Notes: generated from the letters alone by a model not told the origin. A stretch of DNA of 64,000 bases from Patescibacteria group bacterium (GCA_018821245.1 JAHJMO010000009.1:199-64198); one strand, 5' to 3'; shown: positions 41,592-52,123, counted from the stretch's first letter. Program-made: numbers and translations.

Positions 41592-42399
41592 ATAACCTTT
41601 CTGCTTTTGCGCGAAGCATCAGCAACCCCTTTCTAAACAGGGGCCTGATGACCTCCTTGCCCCCTGCCCGCACATAGAGCATACCGACCGCTTCAGCAAA
41701 CATCGCTATAAGAATAACCTGGTTTGCATTAACAGAAGCCCAGTATACATGGGATTCTTTCAAAAATTCAATAGGGAACATCGAAAGCGCAAACAACAGG
41801 AAAAACCATACCCCGACAATCCCATATGGCCATTTGTTTTTCTCTGCCCGACCCTGGATTGTCCATAAAGCAACCATGACCAGAATAAGCACTATGACCT
41901 CATATATCTGTGTCGGATGGCGCCTGTCTACATGTCCCACAAAAGATACTGCCCACGGTAAACCCGACGATTTACCGATCTCAGATCCATCGAGAAGCGA
42001 CCCGAACTTGCCGACAACTGTGCTTGCCGGAAGGGCGTGCGCGACAGCGTCAACAACCGTTCCTAGCCGTAGCTTATAAAGCTTTGCCAGATAGATAAGC
42101 GCAAGTAACGTACCAATCAGGGCACCGTAAAATGATAACCCCGGTACCACCCACAACGCAGGAACTTTCAACAGGTTGTCGGCAAAAAGGTCTTTATGTG
42201 TTACCACAAACGTCAGACGGGAAACGATCATCACAAATATTGTGCTGTAAAACGTAAGGTCAAAAATACGCTCCTCCTCTATTCCCCATGCTCGAAGTTT
42301 CCGCCAAAATATGAAAGAAAATACGCACCAGGCTGCAATAAGAAATGCGCTCAGGCTATAGAGATGAAACGTACCAATGGTAAAAAGAATGGGCATCAT
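41560..42399 (-). CDS. lgt: prolipoprotein diacylglyceryl transferase
   Basis: GHVDRRHPTQIYE Lgt signature, polytopic. Confidence 0.85.
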   Translation of the reverse strand: MMPILFTIGTFHLYSLSAFLIAAWCVFSFIFWRKLRAWGIEEERIFDLTFYSTIFVMIVSRLTFVVTHKDLFADNLLKVPALWVVPGLSFYGALIGTLLALIYLAKLYKLRLGTVVDAVAHALPASTVVGKFGSLLDGSEIGKSSGLPWAVSFVGHVDRRHPTQIYEVIVLILVMVALWTIQGRAEKNKWPYGIVGVWFFLLFALSMFPIEFLKESHVYWASVNANQVILIAMFAEAVGMLYVRAGGKEVIRPLFRKGLLMLRAKAERLYAKISRRNSS

Positions 42400-43697
42400 A
42401 CTATGATTCTTTTATTATACCGTATCCTATACGCGCCATAGGCAAGGACCACAACGCCTAGTAGTAAAATCACTTTTCCCACACCTATAACATCAGCAAG
42501 AACGCCGCCAATAATAACCGGCAGCACGCCTATCCCTCCAACAGCCGCGGCCAGCATACCGTAGATACGGCCACGCATGGAACCTCGTGCCTCGCTCTGA
42601 AGAATACTGTTTGCCGGCACGTCCAAAAAACTGTTTGCTACGCCCAACAAAAAAAATAATACCAATTCTATAAAGAGCACCGTACTGCGACGGAAAAATT
42701 CAGGTAAGACTTCCGTATGCGCGAGCCGCACAGAAATAGAAATAAGAATCAAAACAATTCCTGCACCGACTATACCGGTGCGTATAAGACTCGATTTCGA
42801 AATCCGATATCCTGTACTTCCCACCCATAACGCTCCGCTTATGATGCCTACTACAGTCGGCCCTATGATATAGACAGACGCGTCACGAATGTCAACCTTG
42901 AGTACCTCATGAGCAAACCCGGGACCGAGCGTACCAAGAATTGCGATGATAACCTGCGTACCTGTCAGCAAAATAAGCGCGTCGGAAAGAATCGGAGATG
43001 AAGATACATAAACGATGCCTTCACGGACGTCTGTGATGACACGAGAAAAAATAGAACGAAAATCAGCGCGTAAAATACGGTGTAATGACCGAAGTCCCTC
43101 CCCCTGGCTCGGTAGACGGGACACAAAAAATGAAGCCGACAGAAAACTTATTCCAAGAACGCCTAATGTTGACTGTAGGCTTAAAAGACGGAGTATGGGC
43201 CCAGCAAGAATAAATCCCACAGCCATACTGCTGTAATAGGTAAAAGAAAAAACACTATTAGCGGTTAACAATTGAGATTTGGGCACTATGCGCGGAATAG
43301 TTGACGCTTCTGACGGAACATAGAGTTGATTGATAAGAGCATGAACAAAAACAAATAGATATACCATCGGAACATTATGAACAAAGAAAAATAACAGAGC
43401 GACAAGTACCGCGCGCGACAAATCACAAACAATGAGCACAGAACGCCTGTCTACATGATCTACGATAACACCTGCTATCATGCCAAAAAGAAGGGAAGGT
43501 ATTCCGTATGACAAAAATAATCCGGAAACCGCCGCATTACTTCCGGTGCGCTCATATACGGAAAGCGCAAGAATAAATATCATCATGTTCAATGCAAGCT
43601 GCGAACAAATCTGCGCAAACCATAAGAAGCGGAACGATGTATTTGCGAGGACGTCGAGCACGGCAAACGGTGAATGTCGATGTTGAGGCATATCCAA
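42396..43697 (-). CDS. MFS transporter
   Basis: 12 TM, G..VD..RR motif between TM2 and TM3 (VIVDHVDRRSVL). Confidence 0.7.
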   Translation of the reverse strand: MDMPQHRHSPFAVLDVLANTSFRFLWFAQICSQLALNMMIFILALSVYERTGSNAAVSGLFLSYGIPSLLFGMIAGVIVDHVDRRSVLIVCDLSRAVLVALLFFFVHNVPMVYLFVFVHALINQLYVPSEASTIPRIVPKSQLLTANSVFSFTYYSSMAVGFILAGPILRLLSLQSTLGVLGISFLSASFFVSRLPSQGEGLRSLHRILRADFRSIFSRVITDVREGIVYVSSSPILSDALILLTGTQVIIAILGTLGPGFAHEVLKVDIRDASVYIIGPTVVGIISGALWVGSTGYRISKSSLIRTGIVGAGIVLILISISVRLAHTEVLPEFFRRSTVLFIELVLFFLLGVANSFLDVPANSILQSEARGSMRGRIYGMLAAAVGGIGVLPVIIGGVLADVIGVGKVILLLGVVVLAYGAYRIRYNKRIIV

Positions 43698-43754
43698 TAT
43701 TTATTCTTTACAAAATTGCATCCTCCGCCATGATATCATACAATCATCTATACT

Positions 43755-44228
43755 ATGACGACGACAGCTCATACGTTGGTGGCAGGACTTATTGCGACAG
43801 AAGTCGCAAATCCTGCTCACGCAGCGCTTTTGGGCTTTGTATCACATTTCGTCTTGGACAGTATTCCGCATTGGGACTTTGGTACTAATTGGAGAAGACG
43901 CCCAAAATGGAATACCGGCATGCTCGCAATCTCTGAAACCATATTCGGTGTTCTTTTTTCATATTCCATTTTCTATCAACAGGCTCCCACTGTCACTCTT
44001 GTTGTCACAATGCTTGCCTCAATACTCCCCGATTGGTTTGAAGCTCCCTGGTATATCTTCTTTGCTCATGCAAAAAAAAATGCTCCCGGCGTACACGCTT
44101 CGTTTCAGGAGCGGTTTTTCTTCCGACTCTATAAAACACAAAATATATTCCACACAAAAACTACGTTTCCGTTCGGCATCATAACCCAAATCGCCGTCGT
44201 TGCATTTTTCTTTCTTCTTCTTCGATGA
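43755..44228 (+). CDS. putative membrane-bound metal-dependent hydrolase (YdjM-like), low confidence
   Basis: small polytopic protein with His/Asp cluster LGFVSHFVLDSIPHWD. Confidence 0.3.
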   Translation: MTTTAHTLVAGLIATEVANPAHAALLGFVSHFVLDSIPHWDFGTNWRRRPKWNTGMLAISETIFGVLFSYSIFYQQAPTVTLVVTMLASILPDWFEAPWYIFFAHAKKNAPGVHASFQERFFFRLYKTQNIFHTKTTFPFGIITQIAVVAFFFLLLR

Positions 44229-44237
44229 ATCGTCGGA

Positions 44238-45755
44238 CTATAAACTTAACAGATATTTGAGGATCATCCGCACGCCTGTACCCGTGGCGCCTTTAGGGGT
44301 AAGCGGCGCGGCCTTCTCTGCATACGCAGGCCCTGCAATATCCAGGTGCGCCCAGGCGACCCCTTCGGGAACGAACTCCTGTAAAAATAATGCTGCACTT
44401 ATCGCTCCGCCATACCGTGAACCGGAGATATTTTTTATATCTGCTACATCGCTTTTCAGTAACTCTTTGTACTCGCGCGCCAATGGAAGCCGCCATATTT
44501 TTTCTCCTGTCGCTCGTGCCGCATCACCCAGCCTTTGAGCCAGCTTCTCGTTATCCGTAAAAAGACCGCTTATTTCCTCTCCTAAAGCTGCTACACATGC
44601 ACCCGTAAGGGTAGCGATATCGATGATTGCGTCAGGCTTGTGAATGTTTTTGGCGGCGAAAGATAGTGCATCTGCCAACACCACTCTCCCCTCAGCGTCG
44701 GTATTGAGGATTTCAACGGTTTTGCCGCTCATCATGCGTACAATATCGCCCGGTTTAATCGCGCGTCCGGAAGGCATATTTTCACATGCGGCAATAAGGC
44801 CTACTACGTGCGCTTTCGGTCTAAGAACGGGAAGTGCCTGAAAAATTCCCAGTATACTTGCGGCCCCGGCCATATCAAGCTTCATCGTCTCCATGGACTT
44901 AGAAGGTTTGAGTGACAATCCGCCGGCATCAAATGTAATACCCTTTCCGACAAGTACAATGGTTTTCTGCCCGCCGCCATTATAGTCTAGCCTGATGAAC
45001 CTCGGCTCCTCCTCGCTTCCTCGTGCGATCCCTAACAATCCCTCCATCCCGAGTTTTCGAATTTCTGATCTTGCGAACTCCTCACACTTCATTGCTGCTT
45101 TTCCTTTTACAAGCTCTTTGGCGACAAGCCCAAGGTAAGAAGGGGTCGTGGTAGAAGGAGACTCATTCACTAAATCCCTTACAAAGCAAACAGCAGACCC
45201 TACGGTTTTGCCCCGCTTAAGACCGACTGCAACAGCGTTGATACGCGCCGCTGAAACCAACACGTACGCCTCATCGAAACTACGTTTATTGCTCTTTGAT
45301 GCATCACCTTTGTGTTTATGAAATGTGTAGGTGCCTAGAAGCATCCCTTCAGCAACTCCTTCTGCGCACGCATCCGGTCCAAAGGCTTCGATAACCTCAT
45401 GAGGGGGTGCGATCGCAATGCGTTTTGCTGCGGCGGATTGAGATTTTTTACCGATCACGGCAACAGCCGTCTGCCAATCAAACACTGTGAGATCTGCTAC
45501 GGTCCCCAAACCCACCACGAGCACTGTTTTTGCAGGAATTTTGCCGTATGTATGAAAACGGATACCCTCTTCCCTTTTTGCTTCAAATTCTTCTGACGAT
45601 ATGGCGTCGGTAATAATCCCGTCAAGTTTCCCGTCTATCTTTTGTGCCTCATCACTCAACCGAACCGACTCCCGACCTTTCCCAATAAATGCAAAAACAG
45701 CCAGCAAATCGGCTTCAATGCTTGCGACATCTTTTGTTTTGGCGAAAAATTTCAT
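44238..45755 (-). CDS. pepA: leucyl aminopeptidase (M17)
   Basis: NTDAEGRVVLADAL signature, VGKGITFDAGG. Confidence 0.9.
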   Translation of the reverse strand: MKFFAKTKDVASIEADLLAVFAFIGKGRESVRLSDEAQKIDGKLDGIITDAISSEEFEAKREEGIRFHTYGKIPAKTVLVVGLGTVADLTVFDWQTAVAVIGKKSQSAAAKRIAIAPPHEVIEAFGPDACAEGVAEGMLLGTYTFHKHKGDASKSNKRSFDEAYVLVSAARINAVAVGLKRGKTVGSAVCFVRDLVNESPSTTTPSYLGLVAKELVKGKAAMKCEEFARSEIRKLGMEGLLGIARGSEEEPRFIRLDYNGGGQKTIVLVGKGITFDAGGLSLKPSKSMETMKLDMAGAASILGIFQALPVLRPKAHVVGLIAACENMPSGRAIKPGDIVRMMSGKTVEILNTDAEGRVVLADALSFAAKNIHKPDAIIDIATLTGACVAALGEEISGLFTDNEKLAQRLGDAARATGEKIWRLPLAREYKELLKSDVADIKNISGSRYGGAISAALFLQEFVPEGVAWAHLDIAGPAYAEKAAPLTPKGATGTGVRMILKYLLSL

Positions 45756-45792
45756 ACGTTAGTATCCTGAACTTACCTGCCTGCCCCGTTAG

Positions 45793-45878
45793 TGGCGCGG
45801 GTGGGAATCGAACCCACATGATAGTTGTCTATCACAGGTTTTTGAGACCTGCGCGTCTACCAATTCCGCCACCGCGCC
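45793..45878 (-). tRNA. tRNA-Leu (anticodon CAA), class II with long variable arm
   Basis: reverse complement folds as GGCGCGG acceptor / CCGCGCC + A, anticodon stem CAGGT/ACCTG with loop CUCAAAA, T-arm GTGGG-TTCGATT-CCCAC; no encoded CCA. Confidence 0.85.
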
Positions 45879-45926
45879 AGAAAGCTCGCTCTTGCTCAAG
45901 TTATACCATATTTGAACGGTGAAAAG

Positions 45927-47288
45927 CTATGCTGAGGCAACTGCCTGAGATTGAGAGGGTATTTCCGATTGCTTTCTATCAACACCATAAAAACGGATCC
46001 GGTCGCCGCGAAACATAAGGTCGATTTCAGCTAAGGGGCCGTTCCTATGCTTGGCGATACGGAGTTTTGTCATAATCTGCTCACCCCATTGGGCTTGATC
46101 GCGTTCTTCCCGGTACAGAAACATCACAACGTCTGCATCCTGCTCGATAGATCCTGACTCCCGCAGATCAGACAACTCCGGCACTTTGGTGCCCCGTGCT
46201 TCAACCGCACGGGAAAGCTGCGAACAAGCAAGCACGGGAATACGCAACTCCCGTGCGATATTTTTTAACGACTGCGAGATCAGAGACACTTCCTGTACGC
46301 GACTATCAAAATTCCGGCCGCTATCGGCCAGCTGAAGATAGTCAACGATGATGAGCTTCACTCCATGCTCTACTTGTAAACGCCGGGCCTTGCTGCGCAT
46401 TTCTACGATATTTAACCCGGGTGTGTCATCGATATAAAATGGAGCCTCCGCAAGCTCTCCCATGGCTTCGCTTAACCGTGTAAAATCATCATCCGAAAGT
46501 CTTCCGGTCTTTAGCCTCCATGCATCGATATCTGCCTGTGATACGAGGAGCCGGTCGACGAGCTCCTCCTTGCTCATTTCCAAAGAAAAGATTCCGACGG
46601 GAATCTTCTCATTGACGCTTACATATTGAGCAATATTCAAAACCATTGCAGTCTTTCCGGTCCCGGGACGCGCCGCCAAAACAAGAAGGTTAGAGTCCTG
46701 CATGCCGGCAAGCTTACCGTCAAGTTCGGTAAACCCGGTAGGAATACCGCGCAAACCGCCCACTCGCTTATGAAGCTCATCCAAACGGTCAAATGATGAG
46801 GCGAGCGCATCTTTGATAACGATAAAATCCCGGCGCGCTGACTGTTGGGATATGGCGAACAATTGTTGTTCTGCTTCATCCAGTATTTGACGCGCGTCTC
46901 CTGCTTCCCGAAATGCTAATTCATTTATTTTGGCGGCTGCTGATACGAGCTGACGCTTGGTATAGTGCTCCTGAATAATGCGCCCGTATTGCTCCGCATG
47001 AGCGCTTGTCGGAACGACATTGAGAAGGTCGGATATGTATGAAGCGCCGCCTGCTTCCGCAAGTTTTCCCGCTTTTTTGAGTTGAGCGGTTACCGTAACA
47101 ACGTCGATGGGCTCATGCTGTTCGTATAACTCCATCATCGCTGTATAGATAAACGCATGTGTTTCGCGGTAGAAATGAGAAGGCCGCAAAAATTCAGCCA
47201 CGTCTACCATGGCGTCTTTATCTATAAGAACGGCGCCCAGAACAGACTGCTCGGCTACCTCATCATGTGGAGGAATTTTTGGATCCAT
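45927..47288 (-). CDS. dnaB: replicative DNA helicase DnaB
   Basis: N-terminal EQSVLGAVLID, Walker A ARPGTGKTA, no intein. Confidence 0.9.
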   Translation of the reverse strand: MDPKIPPHDEVAEQSVLGAVLIDKDAMVDVAEFLRPSHFYRETHAFIYTAMMELYEQHEPIDVVTVTAQLKKAGKLAEAGGASYISDLLNVVPTSAHAEQYGRIIQEHYTKRQLVSAAAKINELAFREAGDARQILDEAEQQLFAISQQSARRDFIVIKDALASSFDRLDELHKRVGGLRGIPTGFTELDGKLAGMQDSNLLVLAARPGTGKTAMVLNIAQYVSVNEKIPVGIFSLEMSKEELVDRLLVSQADIDAWRLKTGRLSDDDFTRLSEAMGELAEAPFYIDDTPGLNIVEMRSKARRLQVEHGVKLIIVDYLQLADSGRNFDSRVQEVSLISQSLKNIARELRIPVLACSQLSRAVEARGTKVPELSDLRESGSIEQDADVVMFLYREERDQAQWGEQIMTKLRIAKHRNGPLAEIDLMFRGDRIRFYGVDRKQSEIPSQSQAVASA

Positions 47289-47313
47289 ATAAATCTACAA
47301 AAGAAGATTAAAT

Positions 47314-47955
47314 TTATTCAAGTACGACCACCTGCAACTCTGTGGGCAGTTTGTCTTTATGAACGATAAGCTTCGACTGGGATAAAGATTCTTTACCCAT
47401 TTCCGACAGGAACTTTGATACAGGAGCAAGAGAGCCAAACGTTTGCTTGTTCAGCTTTTCGATATGATAATGCATGGGTATCACGATAGCCGGATCAATA
47501 TCGCCAACGACAGCTTTTGCGCCAACCGCGTCTATCGTATATTCGCCTCCGACCGGCACGAACAACACGTCAACGCCATCCAGTGCATCAACCTGATCAG
47601 TCGTTAATACATGCCCAAGGTCCCCTAGGTGAACGATCCTTATCCCGTCTACCTCCATGCGATAAATGATATTTTTACCCCGTTTCTGTCCGCCCTCATC
47701 ATCGTGTAACACCGAAATTCCTATAATAGAAACCCCTTTAATTTCGTATTCACCGGGACCGGTAATGACAAACGGTGATCCGCCAACTGCCGAGACATGG
47801 TTGTGATCGGCGTGATCATGTGATACCGTCACAATGTCCGCTTCTACCTTGGGAAACGTCAATCCAACCACAAGCTTGTCATATGGATCGGTAACAACGG
47901 TTGCGCTTTTGCCTCGAATTCGAAATGATGAATGACCGAGAGGTAGTATGTCCAT
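47314..47955 (-). CDS. MBL-fold metal-dependent hydrolase (UPF0173-like)
   Basis: HDHADH motif and downstream His/Asp ligands. Confidence 0.7.
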   Translation of the reverse strand: MDILPLGHSSFRIRGKSATVVTDPYDKLVVGLTFPKVEADIVTVSHDHADHNHVSAVGGSPFVITGPGEYEIKGVSIIGISVLHDDEGGQKRGKNIIYRMEVDGIRIVHLGDLGHVLTTDQVDALDGVDVLFVPVGGEYTIDAVGAKAVVGDIDPAIVIPMHYHIEKLNKQTFGSLAPVSKFLSEMGKESLSQSKLIVHKDKLPTELQVVVLE

Positions 47956-48064
47956 AAAATTGTATTGATGCGACTATGAATACGGTACTTGCATTTTATA
48001 CCAGATTCCCGTATTCTAAGCAACACCCGCGTTTATAGATTGTCTGTGCTACTGTTAAGGAAAC

Positions 48065-48511
48065 GTGAATAAAGACGCACTACTGGCTACACTCATAGGT
48101 TTTGGTATCGGCCTTCTCATCATGGGGCTTTTGCTTGTAGGTCCAAACCTCAGTAAATCGCTTCCACATATTGCATTGCCGAATATCTCTCTTCCGAAAT
48201 TTGCGAAAAGACCGTCCACCGCGCCCTCTCCGACTCCTACCATACCTCAATCGCTTACCATCGATAGCCCGCTGCCGGATTCTATTGAGCTGGAGAACTC
48301 TGTTCTGGTTTCCGGAAGCGCGTCACCCGGCTCTGTTGTGGTAATTCAGGGATTATTAGACGAAACCGCTGTAACACCCACAGATGATGGAAAATTCGCA
48401 GGCGAAGTGCTTCTGAAAGAAGGCGTCAATGAATTAATTATTACTATGCATAAAGTCGATGAAGCAACGTCACAATCAGTATCTGTCTATTACACACAAG
48501 AAGAATTTTAA
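48065..48511 (+). CDS. hypothetical membrane-anchored protein with Pro/Thr/Ser-rich linker
   Basis: N-terminal TM, PSTAPSPTPTIPQS linker. Confidence 0.35.
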   Translation: MNKDALLATLIGFGIGLLIMGLLLVGPNLSKSLPHIALPNISLPKFAKRPSTAPSPTPTIPQSLTIDSPLPDSIELENSVLVSGSASPGSVVVIQGLLDETAVTPTDDGKFAGEVLLKEGVNELIITMHKVDEATSQSVSVYYTQEEF

Positions 48512-48517
48512 TATCGT

Positions 48518-49234
48518 ATGAAAAATATTGTTACCCTATCGCTTCTATTCTGCATCATCGTTTCATTCACGACACCTGTTGTTGCCACCGATGCAACCAA
48601 TTCTGCAGCACCAGACACGAACAAAGCAAAACAGATTGAAGAACTGAAGGAACGACTTGCGACGAAAGTGGCTGAATTACGCCAGACGCAAAGGAAGGCA
48701 ATGTTCGGGAATGTAAAATCCGTTTCTCTCACAAGCATAACTATCGAGACCAAAACGAAAGACGTGAAAATCGAACTCTCCGACGCCGTCACCGTTATCG
48801 ACTCCGCAGACGGAAAACGCACAAAGCTTACCCTCGATGATATCAAAAACGGTACTATTGTCAGTATTTTTGGAGAATACGACCCCTCGCTTGATCTTCT
48901 GAAGGCCAAAGCCATCATTATTCAGAAAGAGCCTCCATCCCGAGTTTCGGGAACCGTCAATGCAATCGATAAAAAAGAATATACCATTACCCTAACAAAT
49001 ACAGCAGGACCCACGTATATCGTCGATATAGAACGCACGACGAAAACAATGATGTGGGCGAAGGAAAAAGGATTATATAAAGGAGGGTTTTCGAAAGTAG
49101 AAATCGGCAACACCATTTTCGTGACAGGGACAGCAGTCCCCAAAAAGGAAAATCGCGTGAGCGCCATCCGGATATTGGATATCGGAAATCTTTCCGGCGT
49201 CACGCCGACAACCACACCCACTCCGACACCATGA
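48518..49234 (+). CDS. secreted protein with internal about 90-aa duplication and C-terminal PTTTPTPTP tail
   Basis: signal peptide MKNIVTLSLLFCIIVSFTTPVVA; two similar modules (GNVKSVS...IIIQK / SGTVNAID...IRILD). Confidence 0.4.
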   Translation: MKNIVTLSLLFCIIVSFTTPVVATDATNSAAPDTNKAKQIEELKERLATKVAELRQTQRKAMFGNVKSVSLTSITIETKTKDVKIELSDAVTVIDSADGKRTKLTLDDIKNGTIVSIFGEYDPSLDLLKAKAIIIQKEPPSRVSGTVNAIDKKEYTITLTNTAGPTYIVDIERTTKTMMWAKEKGLYKGGFSKVEIGNTIFVTGTAVPKKENRVSAIRILDIGNLSGVTPTTTPTPTP

Positions 49235-49608
49235 AAAAACAGAAACTCGTGTATCCTACCCCGAAAATGAATGAGTTATTTGACGTCATCCGCGAAATAC
49301 AATCAAAAGAAGAGGCCGTCAATTTTTTTCGTGACCTTCTCACTTTGTCTGAGCTTACCGAATTTGCCAACCGTTGGCAAATGGTAAAACTTCTTTGTAG
49401 CCGCGTGTCATACGCCGATATCGCCAAAAAACTGAGTGTATCCACAGCCACGGTCACGCGCGTAGCGCGCTGGCTGAAAAAAGGACGAGGAGGATATGCT
49501 GCTATCGCCTCCCGTGTGTTTGACGACCGACCGAACCCGGATTATCGCGAGCAACCTCGATTCAAAAGCGGCAAGCTCCGCGGTATGAAAAATCCCTTGA
49601 AATTGTAA
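49231..49608 (+). CDS. TrpR-like YerC/YecD family DNA-binding protein (second paralogue)
   Basis: LLTLSELTEFANRWQMVKLL..SYADIAKKLSVSTATVTRV helix-turn-helix. Confidence 0.55.
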   Translation: MKKQKLVYPTPKMNELFDVIREIQSKEEAVNFFRDLLTLSELTEFANRWQMVKLLCSRVSYADIAKKLSVSTATVTRVARWLKKGRGGYAAIASRVFDDRPNPDYREQPRFKSGKLRGMKNPLKL

Positions 49609-49611
49609 CCC

Positions 49612-49655
49612 TTGACACAATCATATTAACATGTTAATATATTAATATGTTAATA
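49612..49655. promoter_or_regulatory. sigma70-like promoter TTGACA-17-TAATAT overlapping near-palindrome TAACATGTTAATATATTAATATGTTAATA
   Basis: read directly, immediately after the yerC-like stop and about 160 nt upstream of the ammonia-lyase ATG. Confidence 0.4.
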
Positions 49656-49810
49656 CGTTTGTCGATGTTACTGATTATCCCCTTTTCCAAAGCGCTCCAT
49701 CATAGCCGCTGATCTTCTTGCGCGCGGCTAAGGCGAGAACTATTTTTCTTCACTCTCTATTCCCTACTTTACCGTCCGCAAGATTTTTTCTTGTGGCGAG
49801 AAAGGTTTCT

Positions 49811-51340
49811 ATGAAAAATCAAATAGTCTTGTCCGGAGAAGGACTCATCATCGAGGATGTGATAGCAGTGGCACGTAAAAATGTCAAAGTTGTCGTGCCA
49901 AAAATAGTAATTGACCGTATCCAGGCGAACTGGGATGCGATTGCCCAGATGCTCGTTCGTGGCGATGTGATGTACGGCCTGAATACCGGCATTGGCGGGT
50001 TTGGTAACGTAAAGATCTCCGCTGATAAGGCCGGTGAACTGTCTACCCGGATGCTGCGGGCACATGCTTCCGGATATGGCGATCCGGTCGAACAGGAGAT
50101 TGCGAAAGCCTCTCTACTCTTACGCCTTAATGTTTTTGCTAAAGGCTATTCTGGTGTGCGGCCGCAATTATTTTTGACGTTTGTAGAAATGTTAAATAGA
50201 AACGTCATCCCTGTGTTTTACGAAAAGGGTTCAGTCGGCACCTCCGGCGATTTAGCTCCGCTGTCGCAAATGGGGTTAGTAGTAATTGGGGAAGGAAAAG
50301 CGTATTGGCAGGGAAAAATCGTGCCAGGAGACGTGGCAATGAAAAAGGCTGGAATTCCTATCGTCCCTCTCGCCTATCGCGAAGGGCTGGCGATTATGAA
50401 TGGCAGTCAATTTATGACAGCAATAGCCGCTTTTAATATTTTTGACGCGAAAAAATTAATTAAACAGCTGGAAATTGTCTGCAGTATGACGATTGACGTT
50501 CTTAACTGCGTCGAAAGCCCTTACAGCAAAGAGTATAACGAACTACGTCCGTATAAAGGCCAAAATAACACAGCGGCAAATTTACGCAGGTTACTGGCAG
50601 GAAGCGAGTTGATGAAGCAACCGAAAAAAAATGTCCAAAATGCTTATTCTTTACGGTCGGTTCCACAAGTCTCTGGAGCGGCCCGCGATGCGCTTGATTA
50701 TATACGTAAAATAACGGAAATCGAAATGAATTCGGTCGCTGATAATCCAATTTTCTATACCCGCGAAAAAGTCTGCCGGACCGGCGCTAATTTTCACGGC
50801 GCGCCGATTGGCTACACGCAGGATTTGTTGGGAATCGTGATAACCGATTTGGGAAATATTTCCGAGCGCCAGACAAACAATTTAATGGATCCAGCCTGCA
50901 GTAAAGATCTACCTGCTTTCTTGGTAAAAAGCGCCGGGCTTGATTCGGGATTGATGATTTCGCAATACACTCAGGCGGCCTTAGTCAGCGAAAATAAAAT
51001 TCTCGCAAGTCCCGCAAGCGTTGACTCCATTCCAGTATCAGGAAATCAAGAAGATCACGTATCGTTTGGCACAATCGCCGCCCGTAAAGCGCGCGAGATT
51101 ATCAAAAACACCGAGGCAGTAATCGCGATTCAGCTTTTGGCAACTTGTCAGGCTTACGAGTTCCGTAAACCGTTGAAACCGTCGCCAACTTTTCAAGCAA
51201 TATATAAATTGGTACGGAAAGTCAGTCCAGCAATAATCGAAGACCGTGCTTTTTATAAAGATATCGAAAAAGTCGTTCCTTTAATTAGAAATTATAAAGT
51301 GCTGAAAACAGCGGAAAAAACAATCGGAAAATTGCTTTAG
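49811..51340 (+). CDS. hutH: histidine/aromatic amino acid ammonia-lyase family protein (MIO-type)
   Basis: GLNTGIGGFG, GSVGTSGDLAPLS (MIO tripeptide region is TSG instead of the usual ASG), C-terminal lyase fold; ATG at 49811. Confidence 0.8.
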   Translation: MKNQIVLSGEGLIIEDVIAVARKNVKVVVPKIVIDRIQANWDAIAQMLVRGDVMYGLNTGIGGFGNVKISADKAGELSTRMLRAHASGYGDPVEQEIAKASLLLRLNVFAKGYSGVRPQLFLTFVEMLNRNVIPVFYEKGSVGTSGDLAPLSQMGLVVIGEGKAYWQGKIVPGDVAMKKAGIPIVPLAYREGLAIMNGSQFMTAIAAFNIFDAKKLIKQLEIVCSMTIDVLNCVESPYSKEYNELRPYKGQNNTAANLRRLLAGSELMKQPKKNVQNAYSLRSVPQVSGAARDALDYIRKITEIEMNSVADNPIFYTREKVCRTGANFHGAPIGYTQDLLGIVITDLGNISERQTNNLMDPACSKDLPAFLVKSAGLDSGLMISQYTQAALVSENKILASPASVDSIPVSGNQEDHVSFGTIAARKAREIIKNTEAVIAIQLLATCQAYEFRKPLKPSPTFQAIYKLVRKVSPAIIEDRAFYKDIEKVVPLIRNYKVLKTAEKTIGKLL

Positions 51341-51394
51341 ACGAAGATTCCCGGAATCCGAATTTCTTTGATTCCGGGAATCTGTTTAAAAACT

Positions 51395-51826
51395 ATGAAT
51401 ATAGTTTTAATGAGTCTGATAATTGGTTTTCTCTACGGAACTTACGATTTATTTCTGAAATTAAGCGCGGGAAAAATTCAATCAAACTTAGGTGCAGTAC
51501 TCTGTCAGACAATTTCCGCCCTATTTGCACTTGTAATTTTTCTCTACCAGAAACAAACCGGGAGAATATTCCAGATGATTGTCGCTCTACCGGGTATTCT
51601 AGCAATTGTTGCAGCGGGAATCTCGATTGGATCAGCTTTAATCTTGATCTTGACCGTTCTGGCTAATCCGGATGCCAAAGCATCTGTCATCGTACCAACG
51701 ATACTCATCATCAGAAACGTCACGGTAATTTTGTGGGGAATCTTACTGCTGAAAGAGAATTTAACCCTGGTTAAATCAACGGGGATAATCTTAAGTTTAT
51801 TGGGAATATATTTAATTTCTTTTTAA
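51395..51826 (+). CDS. small 4-TM membrane protein (SMR/EamA-like)
   Basis: four hydrophobic helices, about 140 aa. Confidence 0.4.
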   Translation: MNIVLMSLIIGFLYGTYDLFLKLSAGKIQSNLGAVLCQTISALFALVIFLYQKQTGRIFQMIVALPGILAIVAAGISIGSALILILTVLANPDAKASVIVPTILIIRNVTVILWGILLLKENLTLVKSTGIILSLLGIYLISF

Positions 51827-51830
51827 GGAG

Positions 51831-52100
51831 GTGAATTTGTATATGTCTTTCTATGGCGTTGAACAAATAGAAAAATTACGAGACCAGTACGAGGACGCCT
51901 CGCCAGAAGAAAAAAGAGCAATGGAGATTAGGGATTTAGGTTATCCGTTGACTAGAGACGAAATCAACAGAGATAAAATAACCGTTGAAATTTTTTTGGA
52001 CGTTTTAGATACTTTACAAGAAGGGTTTACGGTAAAGTTATCACAGTCGGCGCCAGATGCTGAAATAACGTGTGACGTTAAAAGAAAAATGGGTGAGTGA
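51831..52100 (+). CDS. hypothetical protein
   Basis: ORF only. Confidence 0.3.
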   Translation: MNLYMSFYGVEQIEKLRDQYEDASPEEKRAMEIRDLGYPLTRDEINRDKITVEIFLDVLDTLQEGFTVKLSQSAPDAEITCDVKRKMGE

Positions 52101-52123
52101 CAAATGCTTGATATAATGAAACT

